This document shows, in pieces, positions 44,818 to 54,768 of a stretch of 64,000 bases of DNA. The stretch lies in assembly GCA_018818205.1 (NCBI GenBank), contig JAHISJ010000023.1, forward strand, positions 95,103-159,102, given 5' to 3'. Origin of the DNA: Patescibacteria group bacterium (GTDB lineage Bacteria > Patescibacteriota > JABMPQ01 > JAHIRA01). Within the stretch, counting starts at the first letter, position 1; each line of letters starts with the position of its first letter. A program made the position numbers and the translations under genes. The notes beneath the pieces were generated by a model that was not told the DNA's origin, did not search any database, and saw only the letters and a list, made by a program, of their open reading frames with translations.

Positions 44818-45379
44818 ACGATATATAACAACGATAGCGGTTGTTTTAGCGTTTTTTGCGCTTCTCGCATTTGTGTTCTTTTTTGAAAAAGATAAAAAGA
44901 GTAAAGAAGATATAGAAGTCGAAAAAGAGGAATTGCAGGAAATCCCTGTGCTGGGTTTTGCTGAAGACGATGTTTCAAGGCTTGTTATCCAAAATGCAAA
45001 CGGAACGTTTACTCTTACCAAAGATGGTGAAAGCTGGAAGCTTGCCGAGGATGAGGCATATGATGTCAATCCGCTTGAAGTTTCATCGCTTATAAAGTAC
45101 GCAAATAATTTAGTTGCACGGTCAACGTTTCAGGCTGAAAATAAAGAGGAATATGGGTTAACGGAGCCTAGTATTAAAGCTACTTTTGACCTCACATATG
45201 ATAAACAGATTACACTTGATTTTGGTGATCCGACACCCGATGAGGCTAATATTTACGTTATGAGCAGTGAAAGTAATGATGTACTTGTTGTACCGGTTAT
45301 ATTGTTTACACAGTATAGTGCTGTTACCAAGGATTCGTTTAAACGTACAAAAGAGGAAGGTGAAGTACAGACAGAATAG
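44810..45379 (+). CDS. DUF4340-like membrane-anchored protein, the usual GldG partner
   Basis: N-terminal TM helix plus a soluble domain. The position directly after a gldG-like gene is typical; sequence-level evidence is weak. Confidence 0.4.
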   Translation: MHKRYITTIAVVLAFFALLAFVFFFEKDKKSKEDIEVEKEELQEIPVLGFAEDDVSRLVIQNANGTFTLTKDGESWKLAEDEAYDVNPLEVSSLIKYANNLVARSTFQAENKEEYGLTEPSIKATFDLTYDKQITLDFGDPTPDEANIYVMSSESNDVLVVPVILFTQYSAVTKDSFKRTKEEGEVQTE

Positions 45380-45525
45380 TTTTTGATGTGAATACTTACT
45401 GTTGCAGCGTTGTGCTGTTTTTTTGTTGACTTTAGCGATTCTGTGGTTCCTCCCCTTTTAATAAAGGCGAGGGGATAAGAAGTCTCAATGTTTTTTCTAT
45501 ACAGTCTTTGTGCTACAATATCCAA

Positions 45526-46638
45526 ATGAAACAACCACTAAAACATGTATTAGAATCCTCATGTGGCATGAAAAATCCATTCAGGATATTTGCTGAATTT
45601 GGTTTTTCCGAGATACCTGGTCTAAAGAGGGTAAACAAGTACAATAGAAAAATTGCAAAAACAAGAAACGGGCTTAAATCATATGCTGGGTTTTCGGGCT
45701 TTGAGCTTGGGCTGTGGTCTCTTGGGTTATTTTTAAGGGATGGCAGTATTAATCACGATAGACTCAGACATTTTATTAATGATGGTGAAAGATACCCGCG
45801 CTTTCATGCTTGTCTGGAAATTGTACCTGAATATTTTAAATCGACACATTTCAATTTGGCAAATGGAGAGCAAAAAAATGTGCACTTTCTGAAGTCTCAG
45901 ATTGCGATTAGCCGTACACTTTCTAGTGTGGAAAAACCGGTGCTTGTTGTTCACCCGGGATTTGTTGAAGATATTCGCAATAAAGAGGCAGGGATACAGA
46001 ATATCAAAAAAACCCTTAGCGAAGTTATTGCATATGCTGAGCAGCAAAACGTAATTCTGGGCATAGAAAATATGTTTTGGAATGATGCGGTATATTACAT
46101 TGGCATGGACGCGGAGGAGCTTAGAGAAATCATTGATACCTTCTCTTCAGACTTTGTAAAAATTACTTTTGATTGGGGGCATCTTAGTACTGTTCTTTCT
46201 AGGCGGAAACTAAAAGACCCATACAATGAAATTGACAATTATATTTCCTATTTGGGTAAACGCATTGTACATACACATATTAACTATAACCATTGTTTAG
46301 AGCCTCTTTGGCAGCCCAAAGTGTCTTTAAAAAGAAGATTTTTTGCACGCGCAACCCGGAGGTCATCTAAAGGTGGTGTAAGGGTTATGGCGACAGAAAC
46401 ACATGATGAACATTTGCCCTTTTCATCCATGGAACGCGATGGAAGAGAGCATTTTCTAAAAAATATTAAGACACTCTTCGCTCAAAGCGATGTGGTTGAA
46501 CATGGCTTTGTGACCCATGAAGTGCTTCCACAAAAAGTATTTAGTATTTTCCCCGTTAATAAAGAAGGCGCAGCTTTGGAAGATCACAAGCATGACATTA
46601 CATTGCTTAATGGTTTGCTTGCTAAACCAAGTAGCTAA
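45526..46638 (+). CDS. sugar-phosphate isomerase/epimerase (xylose-isomerase-like TIM barrel)
   Basis: VLVVHPG...ILGIENMF...ITFDWGHL metal-ligand blocks of the AP_endonuc_2 fold. The start is uncertain (TTG 45508 / ATG 45526 / ATG 45568). Confidence 0.55.
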   Translation: MKQPLKHVLESSCGMKNPFRIFAEFGFSEIPGLKRVNKYNRKIAKTRNGLKSYAGFSGFELGLWSLGLFLRDGSINHDRLRHFINDGERYPRFHACLEIVPEYFKSTHFNLANGEQKNVHFLKSQIAISRTLSSVEKPVLVVHPGFVEDIRNKEAGIQNIKKTLSEVIAYAEQQNVILGIENMFWNDAVYYIGMDAEELREIIDTFSSDFVKITFDWGHLSTVLSRRKLKDPYNEIDNYISYLGKRIVHTHINYNHCLEPLWQPKVSLKRRFFARATRRSSKGGVRVMATETHDEHLPFSSMERDGREHFLKNIKTLFAQSDVVEHGFVTHEVLPQKVFSIFPVNKEGAALEDHKHDITLLNGLLAKPSS

Positions 46639-46693
46639 TTGATTTTTTGTTCTATAAGTGCTACAATTGGTCTGCAAATTAATCAGAAAATGT

Positions 46694-46909
46694 ATGTCAA
46701 AAAAGTATCGAATTGTCGTAAATGAAGACCAGTGCCTGGGTTGCGGGACCTGTGCGGCTTTGCAGCCAAAATATTTCAAAATGGAAGGACAAAAATCAAG
46801 ACCAGTCAAGGAAGTTGTGGTAGAAGGTGAAGATGATATTGATGCAATAAATGAAGCCATTAGTATGTGTCCAAGCGAGGGTATTTTATTAGAATCTCTA
46901 GAGGAATAA
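46694..46909 (+). CDS. small single-cluster ferredoxin
   Basis: CLGCGTCAA...CP cysteine pattern (CxxCxxC...CP), 71 aa. Confidence 0.7.
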   Translation: MSKKYRIVVNEDQCLGCGTCAALQPKYFKMEGQKSRPVKEVVVEGEDDIDAINEAISMCPSEGILLESLEE

Positions 46910-46910
46910 G

Positions 46911-47846
46911 ATGCTCACTGAGTCTGTATTAATCGGCTTGCTCATGACCATTCCTACGTGGGCGGGCTTAGAAAATAGCATTGTGCTTGACCAAGCTCAA
47001 GATGTTCAGCATGTGAGCAAAATTCAGGAAACAAAAGCAGCTGCAAAAGAGGAATCAACCGGACCGACAAAAACATCAAATAGTCTGGGCATTAAAGTAA
47101 CTGCCGAATCTGCGTTAGTTGTGGATAGAGATTCAAAGCAGGTTCTTTTTTCAAAAAACCCAGATGATGTACGAGCAATGGCAAGCATTACCAAAGTAAT
47201 GACGGCTATTGTTGCGCTCGAAAGCGCAAAAGACCTAGAAGCTACTGTTACTATTGATCCGGAGCTGACCAGGCTTGAAGGTGGAAAGATCAAGCTTCTT
47301 TCAGGAGAAGAGATAACATTGTATGATCTTATCTGTGGTGCGCTGATTGCTTCCGGAAATGATGCGGCTTCAGCTGTAGGTAAATATGTAGGCGGAGGTG
47401 ATATGGACGTTTTTGTTGAAATGATGAATACTAAAGCCAAAGAAATTGGCATGAACCACACGCAGTTTAGAAATCCATCAGGATTAGATGAAGATGGCCA
47501 AATTACCTCTACCCGCGATTTAGCAATTATGTTTGACTATGCGCTTAAAAACGAGAAGTTTCGCGAGATAATTGGTATGAGACATGCTGAGGCACATGCT
47601 TTAAATGTAGATAAGATTCACTATTTTAATAATACAAACAAGCTTTTACGAGATACGTATTCGTATATGAAAGGAGGCAAAACAGGATTCACGGACAATG
47701 CAGGGTTTTGCCTTATTTCTGTATCTGGGCATTCTGCTCAAGATGAAATTATAACGGTAGTCCTTGGAAGCGATTTAAGCGGCAACCAGTTTCAAGACTC
47801 AAAAGCACTCATAGAGTGGACGTACGATAATTTTGAGTGGAAATAG
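46911..47846 (+). CDS. dacA: D-alanyl-D-alanine carboxypeptidase (S11, PBP5/DacA-like)
   Basis: SITK (SxxK), ASGND (SxN), KTGFT (KTG) motifs; signal sequence. Confidence 0.8.
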   Translation: MLTESVLIGLLMTIPTWAGLENSIVLDQAQDVQHVSKIQETKAAAKEESTGPTKTSNSLGIKVTAESALVVDRDSKQVLFSKNPDDVRAMASITKVMTAIVALESAKDLEATVTIDPELTRLEGGKIKLLSGEEITLYDLICGALIASGNDAASAVGKYVGGGDMDVFVEMMNTKAKEIGMNHTQFRNPSGLDEDGQITSTRDLAIMFDYALKNEKFREIIGMRHAEAHALNVDKIHYFNNTNKLLRDTYSYMKGGKTGFTDNAGFCLISVSGHSAQDEIITVVLGSDLSGNQFQDSKALIEWTYDNFEWK

Positions 47847-47962
47847 GTTACCATTTTTAGATTTGACATACCAAGTAGTAGCCATGTGGCGATGTACTGC
47901 TTCTTTTTTTTCCGTGTCATTTATAGACATCCTCCACATAAATTGCTACAATACGCTCACAA

Positions 47963-49021
47963 ATGCATACTATTCAGGACCCCATTTTGGTTGGAAACGT
48001 TATTAAAGTGTTTATTCTTGCAGCGCTTGCTTTTGGTATTGCTATCCTTTGGACACCACTGCTTACACATTTTCTGTACAAATATCGACTTGGCAAGAAT
48101 ATTAGAAAAGGCGACTCACCTGTCTACACTGAGATGCACAAGAAAAAGGCGGGAACGCCAACAATGGGGGGAATTTTAATATGGGGCACAGTACTGTTTT
48201 TAGTGGGTATTTTTTATCTTTGTGATCTACTAAATGTACCCGTCCTTAAAGAATTTAATTTCCTTAGTCGACCTCAAACGTTCTTGCCGCTAGCATCACT
48301 GGTGCTGGCAGCAATCATTGGTCTTTTTGATGACGTAATGAACGTATTTAAAATTGGGCCAAAAGGCGGAGGCATGAGGCTAAGAGTCAGACTACTTTTA
48401 TATACGGTAGTAGCTATGATTGGCGCATACTGGTTTTACGTAAAACTAGGCTGGGACACCATTCATATTCCTGCATTTGGTGATGTGTCAATTGGGTTTT
48501 TGTATGTTCCACTGTTTATTCTTGTCATTGTAGCAACCTCCTTTTCAGTTAACGAGGCAGACGGTCTCGATGGTCTTGCAGGCGGCATTCTATTCATCTG
48601 TTTTAGTGCATATGCAGTAATAGCGTTTTTGCAAGGCAAGGTTGAACTCACCATGTTTTGTGCAGTCATAGTCGGAGCACTCCTCGCCTTTTTATGGTTT
48701 AATATCTATCCGGCACGGTTTTTTATGGGTGACACGGGGGCTATGTCACTAGGGGTAACTCTGGGTATTGTTGCAATGCTTACCAATACCGTTTTAGTGC
48801 TCCCTATACTTGCTTTTCCGCTTGTACTTGAGACAGGGTCGGTGCTTATACAGATCCCGTATAAGAAGCTTACCGGCAAGAAGATATTTAGATCGACACC
48901 AATACATCATCACTTTGAAGCGCTCGGTTGGCCAGAGTCAAAAGTGACCATGCGTTTTTGGGTTATTGCTCTCATTTCTGCAGCGGTTGGTATGGTGATT
49001 GGGCTTATAGGAATGGGGTAG
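47963..49021 (+). CDS. mraY: phospho-N-acetylmuramoyl-pentapeptide transferase
   Basis: 10-TM profile, DDV..N..DGLDGLAGG motifs, HHHFE. Confidence 0.85.
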   Translation: MHTIQDPILVGNVIKVFILAALAFGIAILWTPLLTHFLYKYRLGKNIRKGDSPVYTEMHKKKAGTPTMGGILIWGTVLFLVGIFYLCDLLNVPVLKEFNFLSRPQTFLPLASLVLAAIIGLFDDVMNVFKIGPKGGGMRLRVRLLLYTVVAMIGAYWFYVKLGWDTIHIPAFGDVSIGFLYVPLFILVIVATSFSVNEADGLDGLAGGILFICFSAYAVIAFLQGKVELTMFCAVIVGALLAFLWFNIYPARFFMGDTGAMSLGVTLGIVAMLTNTVLVLPILAFPLVLETGSVLIQIPYKKLTGKKIFRSTPIHHHFEALGWPESKVTMRFWVIALISAAVGMVIGLIGMG

Positions 49022-49050
49022 TGTTGATTATTGATAACTGAAATGAAACT

Positions 49051-49848
49051 ATGGTTGGTATTTTTGACTCAGGAGTCGGCGGTCTTACCGTTGCAAAAGC
49101 AGTGTTAGGAGAACTTCCCTCCCATGCGGTGGTCTATTTTGGTGATACTGCACGAGTTCCGTACGGCAGTAAGAGTAAAGAATTAGTGGTGCAGTACTCA
49201 AAAGAGATCACAGAATTTCTCCTGAGTAAAAAAGCAGATGTAATTGTTGTTGGATGTCACACAGCCTCTGCTCTTGCTTCAGATGAGCTAAAAAGAGCAT
49301 ATCCTAAAATACCCATATTTGATGTAATCAAGCCAGGGCTTGTTGCTGCATATAAGGCGACTAAAAACAAAAAAATTGGTATAATAGGGACTGAAGGGAC
49401 AATAGCTGCAGAAGTGCATGAGAAGATGCTTAAACAAATGGACCCAAGTGTTAAGGTTTTCACAGCAGCATGCCCTTTACTTGTTTCGCTTGCTGAGGAA
49501 GGCTGGGTTTCAAAACCGGAAACCAAGCGCATAATAAAGTTTTATTTACGAAAGCTCAAAGCTGCACAAGTTGATACACTAGTGCTTGCATGTACTCATT
49601 ATCCTATTCTACTAAAAGATATTGAGTCATTTATGAGCAGAAGAGGAAAAAAGATTACTACCATTGACCCGGGAGTAGAAACAGCCAAGGAGTTGAAATT
49701 GTTTTTAGAAAAAAATCCCGAGTATGCAAAAGAAAAGGCAGAGAATGTGTTTTACGTTAGTGATTACACGCCAAGGGTTGATCGTATTGCCAAAATGATA
49801 TTTAAAAAACCAATCTCGTTTAAAAAGGCAGATCTAAAAACAAAATAA
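49051..49848 (+). CDS. murI: glutamate racemase
   Basis: IGIFDSGVGGLTV, VVGCHTAS and LACTHYP catalytic Cys motifs. Confidence 0.85.
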   Translation: MVGIFDSGVGGLTVAKAVLGELPSHAVVYFGDTARVPYGSKSKELVVQYSKEITEFLLSKKADVIVVGCHTASALASDELKRAYPKIPIFDVIKPGLVAAYKATKNKKIGIIGTEGTIAAEVHEKMLKQMDPSVKVFTAACPLLVSLAEEGWVSKPETKRIIKFYLRKLKAAQVDTLVLACTHYPILLKDIESFMSRRGKKITTIDPGVETAKELKLFLEKNPEYAKEKAENVFYVSDYTPRVDRIAKMIFKKPISFKKADLKTK

Positions 49849-49857
49849 TATTTTAGT

Positions 49858-51498
49858 ATGTACGACATACTCATTACAAATGCAACAATAGTCGATGGTA
49901 CAGGAAGAAAACGATATAAAGGTGATGTTGGTATTAAAAAAGAAATCATTGTTGAAATTGGTGAGCTTTCAGGAAAAAGCGCGCATAAAACTATTGATGC
50001 CAAAGGTCTTATTGTTGCTCCCGGATTTGTAGATATTTTAAATCATTCAGATAGTTACCTTACATTGCTAAAGAGTCCCAAGCTTTCAAGTTTGGCTGCT
50101 CAAGGAATTACGACTATTCTTGTAGGACATTGTGGGTCATCGCTTGCACCACTTGTGAGTGCCAATGTAGAGAAAGCTATGAATAGGTGGGCTCAGTTGT
50201 TTAGAAACGTGATACTTCCTCCTAAACAGAGCGATACTGCGCTTAAGTCAGTTAGAAAGTGGGCAGACACAACCGGTGTAAATATTAATTGGGTTACTGT
50301 TGCTGATTATCTTTCAGAGTTAAAGAAGATGGGAATGGGGGTGAACGTAGCAACGCTTATTGGTCATAGCACCATCAGAAGAACGCTGGTGCAAGATGAG
50401 CAACGTGAACTTTCTAGAGACGAGCTTGATCATTTAAAACAATTGGTGGCTGATTCAATGCAGGATGGAGCACATGGTCTTTCATTCGGTTTGCAGTATA
50501 CGCATGCATATTATGTGCAAAAAAAAGAGCTTGTTGAGCTCGCACAGGTAACCAGAGAATATGGAGGAAAATGTTACTTCCATTTACGTGATGAAGAGCA
50601 GGGCGTTGCTGAGTCAGTGCGAGAAGTGATTGACATTGCGAAGCAGGCAGAAGTAGGGGTTGAGATTGTGCACATGCAGACTCGTGAAAAATTTTCTAGT
50701 GAGTTTGAATCAGCACTAAATGAGATTGAACATGCTTCCAATGAAGGAGTCGAAATAAACTTTGACTTTTTTCCGTATAAGACGTCGTGGACAGTACTGT
50801 ATACGTGTTTACCAGAATGGGCGTATAGGGGAAGCAGGGAGGATCTACTCAGACGACTTTCTGAGAAAAAAAGCTATGATAAAATAGCTGAGGAGCTTTC
50901 AGAAACTGATAAGCCATTTGACGACTTTGTCGTTTCGTATGCTCCATATAACAAGGCCTATGTAGGGAGAAGAATCGGCGATATTGCACAAATCAGAGGA
51001 ATCCCTGTAGAAAATTCGGTTCTAGATGTGCTTAAGGCGTGTAAAGGACATGTTATTTGCTTTGAGCCAAAAAAAACAGAGAAGATCATTGAAGAAAGCA
51101 TAGAAGATCCCCTAAGTATCGTAGCATCAGGTGGTGCAGGATATGACCAAGCCATTGTTCACGAAGGACAATTGGTTCATCCACGGTGTTTTGGAACATT
51201 CCCTCGGTTCATAAGGAAGTACGTACGAGAAAGTGAGTTACTAACGTTAGAGAGAGCAATCCAGAAAATAACAAGCATCCCAGCTCTCAAAATAGGTTTT
51301 TTTGATAGAGGCTTTATCCATGAAAGCATGAAGGCAGATATTGTTATTTTTGACTATAAGAAAATTAGAGATCGTGCAACGCTGAGGAATCCGTTTCTTT
51401 ACCCTGAGGGAATAAAAGATGTCATTGTAAATGGCACGTTTGTGGTAGAAGAAGGCTCACTTACAAACAATCGTCCTGGAGCAGTTCTTAAGAAATAG
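49858..51498 (+). CDS. D-aminoacylase-like amidohydrolase (N-acyl-D-amino-acid deacylase family)
   Basis: MYDILITNATIVDGTG...APGFVDILNHSD N-terminus and overall Amidohydro_3 architecture. Confidence 0.65.
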   Translation: MYDILITNATIVDGTGRKRYKGDVGIKKEIIVEIGELSGKSAHKTIDAKGLIVAPGFVDILNHSDSYLTLLKSPKLSSLAAQGITTILVGHCGSSLAPLVSANVEKAMNRWAQLFRNVILPPKQSDTALKSVRKWADTTGVNINWVTVADYLSELKKMGMGVNVATLIGHSTIRRTLVQDEQRELSRDELDHLKQLVADSMQDGAHGLSFGLQYTHAYYVQKKELVELAQVTREYGGKCYFHLRDEEQGVAESVREVIDIAKQAEVGVEIVHMQTREKFSSEFESALNEIEHASNEGVEINFDFFPYKTSWTVLYTCLPEWAYRGSREDLLRRLSEKKSYDKIAEELSETDKPFDDFVVSYAPYNKAYVGRRIGDIAQIRGIPVENSVLDVLKACKGHVICFEPKKTEKIIEESIEDPLSIVASGGAGYDQAIVHEGQLVHPRCFGTFPRFIRKYVRESELLTLERAIQKITSIPALKIGFFDRGFIHESMKADIVIFDYKKIRDRATLRNPFLYPEGIKDVIVNGTFVVEEGSLTNNRPGAVLKK

Positions 51499-51499
51499 T

Positions 51500-52252
51500 A
51501 TGGGATATAGACTTTTCCCAGGGTTTTTTAAGGCAATTAATGGTATACATACCACGTTCTATATTGAGAAGCTTAGGTCATCGATCGATAGAAAAACATC
51601 TCAAGATCTCTCAAGGCGACTAGGTTTAGCTAAACCACTTGCTGTCATGGAGCAAGTGCACAGCAATTCAGTATTGGTAATAAAAAGTGCCCTACCAAAA
51701 AAACAAGAAATTATTCAAGGTGTAGATGCGCTTATAACTAAGAGAGACGATGTTATTTTAGGTGTATACTCAGGCGATTGTGTTGCAGCCCTGTGCTTTG
51801 ATCAAGAGAAAAGAGTCATTGCGGTGTTTCACGCGGGGTATAACGGTATACTGTCTGATATCTCTGGTAAGGTTATTTATAGAATGATTCATGAGTTTGA
51901 TTCGAACCCACGTGATATACTTATTCAAACTGCTCCGGCAATACAGTCATGTTGCTATAACGTCTCAGACGCTCGCGATAACAGAGTACAAAGGTTTAGC
52001 TCTCAGTTTGGTGATGATGCTATAGTGAAACAAGGTTCAAACGCATATCTTGACCTGCGCTATGCTTTAAAGAGGCAGCTTACAAAACACAAGATTTCAC
52101 GTAAAAATATGCTCCTTTCCAGAGAATGCACAGCGTGCTCAGAAAATGATTATCCTTCACACTACCGAACAAAATTTATAGAAAAGAAGAAGCAAAGAGA
52201 GTATACGCTTTTTTCAACAATAGAATTAACACACGATGGATCTACAACATAA
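51500..52252 (+). CDS. pgeF: YfiH/PgeF (DUF152, LACC1-family) peptidoglycan-editing factor / purine nucleoside phosphorylase-like
   Basis: VHSN.V...GVYSGDCV..L......AVFHAGYNGI motif set. Confidence 0.7.
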   Translation: MGYRLFPGFFKAINGIHTTFYIEKLRSSIDRKTSQDLSRRLGLAKPLAVMEQVHSNSVLVIKSALPKKQEIIQGVDALITKRDDVILGVYSGDCVAALCFDQEKRVIAVFHAGYNGILSDISGKVIYRMIHEFDSNPRDILIQTAPAIQSCCYNVSDARDNRVQRFSSQFGDDAIVKQGSNAYLDLRYALKRQLTKHKISRKNMLLSRECTACSENDYPSHYRTKFIEKKKQREYTLFSTIELTHDGSTT

Positions 52253-53669
52253 AAATATTCACGTCATTGGAGTGAGCGGTGCAGAAGGGTCGGCAGTTGC
52301 TCTTTTTTTGGCATCCAAAGTTGATGAAAAGAATCTAACAATGCATGATTTTTCATCAGAAAGCGAATTTAAGGAAAACTTTTTTTCATTTCATGATGCG
52401 TATACCGTAGATGAGAAAGAGGCCTTGTATCAAAATCTGATTTCCTTAAAAGTACACTATGCATTTGGGGATGATTACTTGCAAGGTATAGAAACAGCCG
52501 ATATAATTTTTGTTCCTCAAGCATGGTTTAGACATGCTATCAACGAACCCTTAAAACAATATGCAGATACTTTTTCAAGCATCATTGCGTTGTATTTGCA
52601 GTACGCAAAATGTCCAGTAGTGGGGATTACCGGCACATCAGGAAAATCGACCACATCAGCACTGACCTACCAGATGATAAAAGAAAGTGGAAGAAAAGTA
52701 CTTCTTACTGGAAACGAGCGTCATGTAAAGCAATGTCTTGATGACGTAGAGGCTCTAGCAGAGGACGATGCACTGGTGCTGGAAATATCGCATAGACAGC
52801 TCATGCTCGATCTTAAAAAGAGCCCACATATTGCCGTTATTACCAATATTTCTCCAAATCATATTGATGATTGTGGCACTTTTGAGACGTATACTGATAT
52901 AAAGAAGAGTATAGTAGCATATCAGAAAGAGAATGATGTTTTTATAACCAACTATGATAATAAGGTGACACAAGATATCGTGAGCCTCGGGGAAAGGCGT
53001 TTTTTTAGTAGAAAAACTCGTCAAAAAAACGGAGCATATGTTGAGAATGATCTATTGATTATTGAACGTGAAGGAAAAAAACAAGCAGTATGTAGTGTAG
53101 ATGAGATAGGACTTTCTGGGGGTTATAATGTAGAGAACACACTTGCCGCTTCTCTTGCCGCTTCTGCTCTTGGAGTTGAGGTAGAGCCTATTGCTCGGGC
53201 GGCAAAAAAGTTTACTCCACTTTCGGCACGTCTTGAGAAAATTAGAGAACTCAAGGGAGTTACCTACATTAACGATGGCAAATCAAGCAATCCAGAAGCG
53301 GTTATTGGAGCTCTAGAAGCATTAGAAAAACCTGTGATTCTTATTGCCGGAGGTACGCGCAAAGTCCCCATCGAAGGTGAATATGAAAAGCTTGCAGAGG
53401 GAATCGTAGGCAGCACTGTTAAGAATGTGATTCTTATTGGAGCAACCAAAGAAGAAGTAGCAAACGCGCTTCAAAAAATGAGTACATCAAAAGATATTCA
53501 GATTGTTACTGCGGGCTCACTCCAGGAAGCTGTATTAAACGCATACGGATTGGCAGAAGAAGGGGACGTTGTTCTTCTCTCTCCAGGAGCGGAAAGTTTT
53601 GATATGTTCACTGATTATCGTGAGCGTATTGACATTTTTAACGAAGCGGTTAACGGGTTACCATCGTGA
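52236..53669 (+). CDS. murD: UDP-N-acetylmuramoylalanine--D-glutamate ligase
   Basis: Rossmann N-domain HVIGVSG, Mur ligase P-loop GITGTSGKSTT, and a C-terminal Mur ligase domain. Confidence 0.8.
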   Translation: MDLQHKNIHVIGVSGAEGSAVALFLASKVDEKNLTMHDFSSESEFKENFFSFHDAYTVDEKEALYQNLISLKVHYAFGDDYLQGIETADIIFVPQAWFRHAINEPLKQYADTFSSIIALYLQYAKCPVVGITGTSGKSTTSALTYQMIKESGRKVLLTGNERHVKQCLDDVEALAEDDALVLEISHRQLMLDLKKSPHIAVITNISPNHIDDCGTFETYTDIKKSIVAYQKENDVFITNYDNKVTQDIVSLGERRFFSRKTRQKNGAYVENDLLIIEREGKKQAVCSVDEIGLSGGYNVENTLAASLAASALGVEVEPIARAAKKFTPLSARLEKIRELKGVTYINDGKSSNPEAVIGALEALEKPVILIAGGTRKVPIEGEYEKLAEGIVGSTVKNVILIGATKEEVANALQKMSTSKDIQIVTAGSLQEAVLNAYGLAEEGDVVLLSPGAESFDMFTDYRERIDIFNEAVNGLPS

Positions 53670-54763
53670 GAAAGACAAAGCTTAGCCATATGCTTTTAAT
53701 CCTCACCTGTATTCTGGTTGTTTTTGGGTTGGTAATGCTTTCTTCAGCAAGCGTGGTCAAGAGTTTTGAGCATAAAGGAAATAACTATTATTACTTTATT
53801 CATCAGTTGCTCTCCGGCGCAATTCCAGGGATAGCTGTACTTCTTATTGCCTCTTTTATTGATTATAGAAAATGGAAACGTTTTGCGGCTCCATTGCTTT
53901 TTATTACACTCATTTTGCTGATTTTAGTGCTTATCCCGGGGATTACTGTTGAAGCAGGAGGTGCGAGGAGGTGGATTAACCTGGGACCATTGTCGCTCCA
54001 ACCGACAGAGATTGCTAAGCTTACGTTTCTTCTCTATCTCACTACATGGATAGAAAAACGTGAAAAAGGAATTAAGGATTTTAATACAGGTTTCCTACCG
54101 TTTATTAGCATTGTCGGAATTGTCTGTTTTTTAATTATGCTTGAACCTGATCTTGGAACAATGTCTGTTATTGTATTTTCAGCAATTGTCGTTTACTATA
54201 TTGCGGGGGCACGCCTCAGCCATCTTGCATTGCTTGGCGTTTCAGGTGTTGCGCTTATTACGCTGCTTATTAAAACTGCGCCCTACCGTTTGGCACGCTT
54301 CACGGTCTTTTTAAATCCTGAGCTTGATCCAAGTGGTATTGGCTACCAAATAAATCAGGCACTTCTAGCCGTTGGATCAGGAGGTCTCTTTGGAAAGGGC
54401 TTGGGGAGGAGCGTCCAAAAGTATAACTATCTCCCAGAAGTAACCGGCGATTCCATTTTTGCTGTTATCGCAGAAGAGCTTGGTTTTTTTAGAATTATTT
54501 TTCTTTTGATTCTTTTTGCTCTTTTTGGTATTATTGGCTTTACTATTTCTAAACGAGCACCCGATTTTTATGGAAGAATTTTAGCTGCAGGAATAACAAC
54601 GTGGATTGTTTTTCAAGCATTTGTTAATATTGCTGCCATGCTTTCACTCGTACCGCTTACCGGTATTCCACTTCCCTTTATAAGCTACGGAGGTACTGCG
54701 CTTTTAGTTTCGCTTTCCGCTGTAGGAATCCTCATCAATATTGGAAGACAAGCTGATGTATAG
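53666..54763 (+). CDS. ftsW: SEDS-family peptidoglycan glycosyltransferase FtsW/RodA
   Basis: 10-TM profile, EPDLGT, and the SGGT..L..FLP consensus region. Confidence 0.8.
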   Translation: MRKTKLSHMLLILTCILVVFGLVMLSSASVVKSFEHKGNNYYYFIHQLLSGAIPGIAVLLIASFIDYRKWKRFAAPLLFITLILLILVLIPGITVEAGGARRWINLGPLSLQPTEIAKLTFLLYLTTWIEKREKGIKDFNTGFLPFISIVGIVCFLIMLEPDLGTMSVIVFSAIVVYYIAGARLSHLALLGVSGVALITLLIKTAPYRLARFTVFLNPELDPSGIGYQINQALLAVGSGGLFGKGLGRSVQKYNYLPEVTGDSIFAVIAEELGFFRIIFLLILFALFGIIGFTISKRAPDFYGRILAAGITTWIVFQAFVNIAAMLSLVPLTGIPLPFISYGGTALLVSLSAVGILINIGRQADV

Positions 54764-54768
54764 TTTTT

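Noticed and set aside
45380-45525. Possible hairpin (CCCCTTT..AAAGG..GGGG) and TGCTACAAT extended -10 upstream of the TIM-barrel gene
   Set aside because: Stem pairing is imperfect, and the promoter assignment depends on an uncertain start codon. Too weak to list as a feature.
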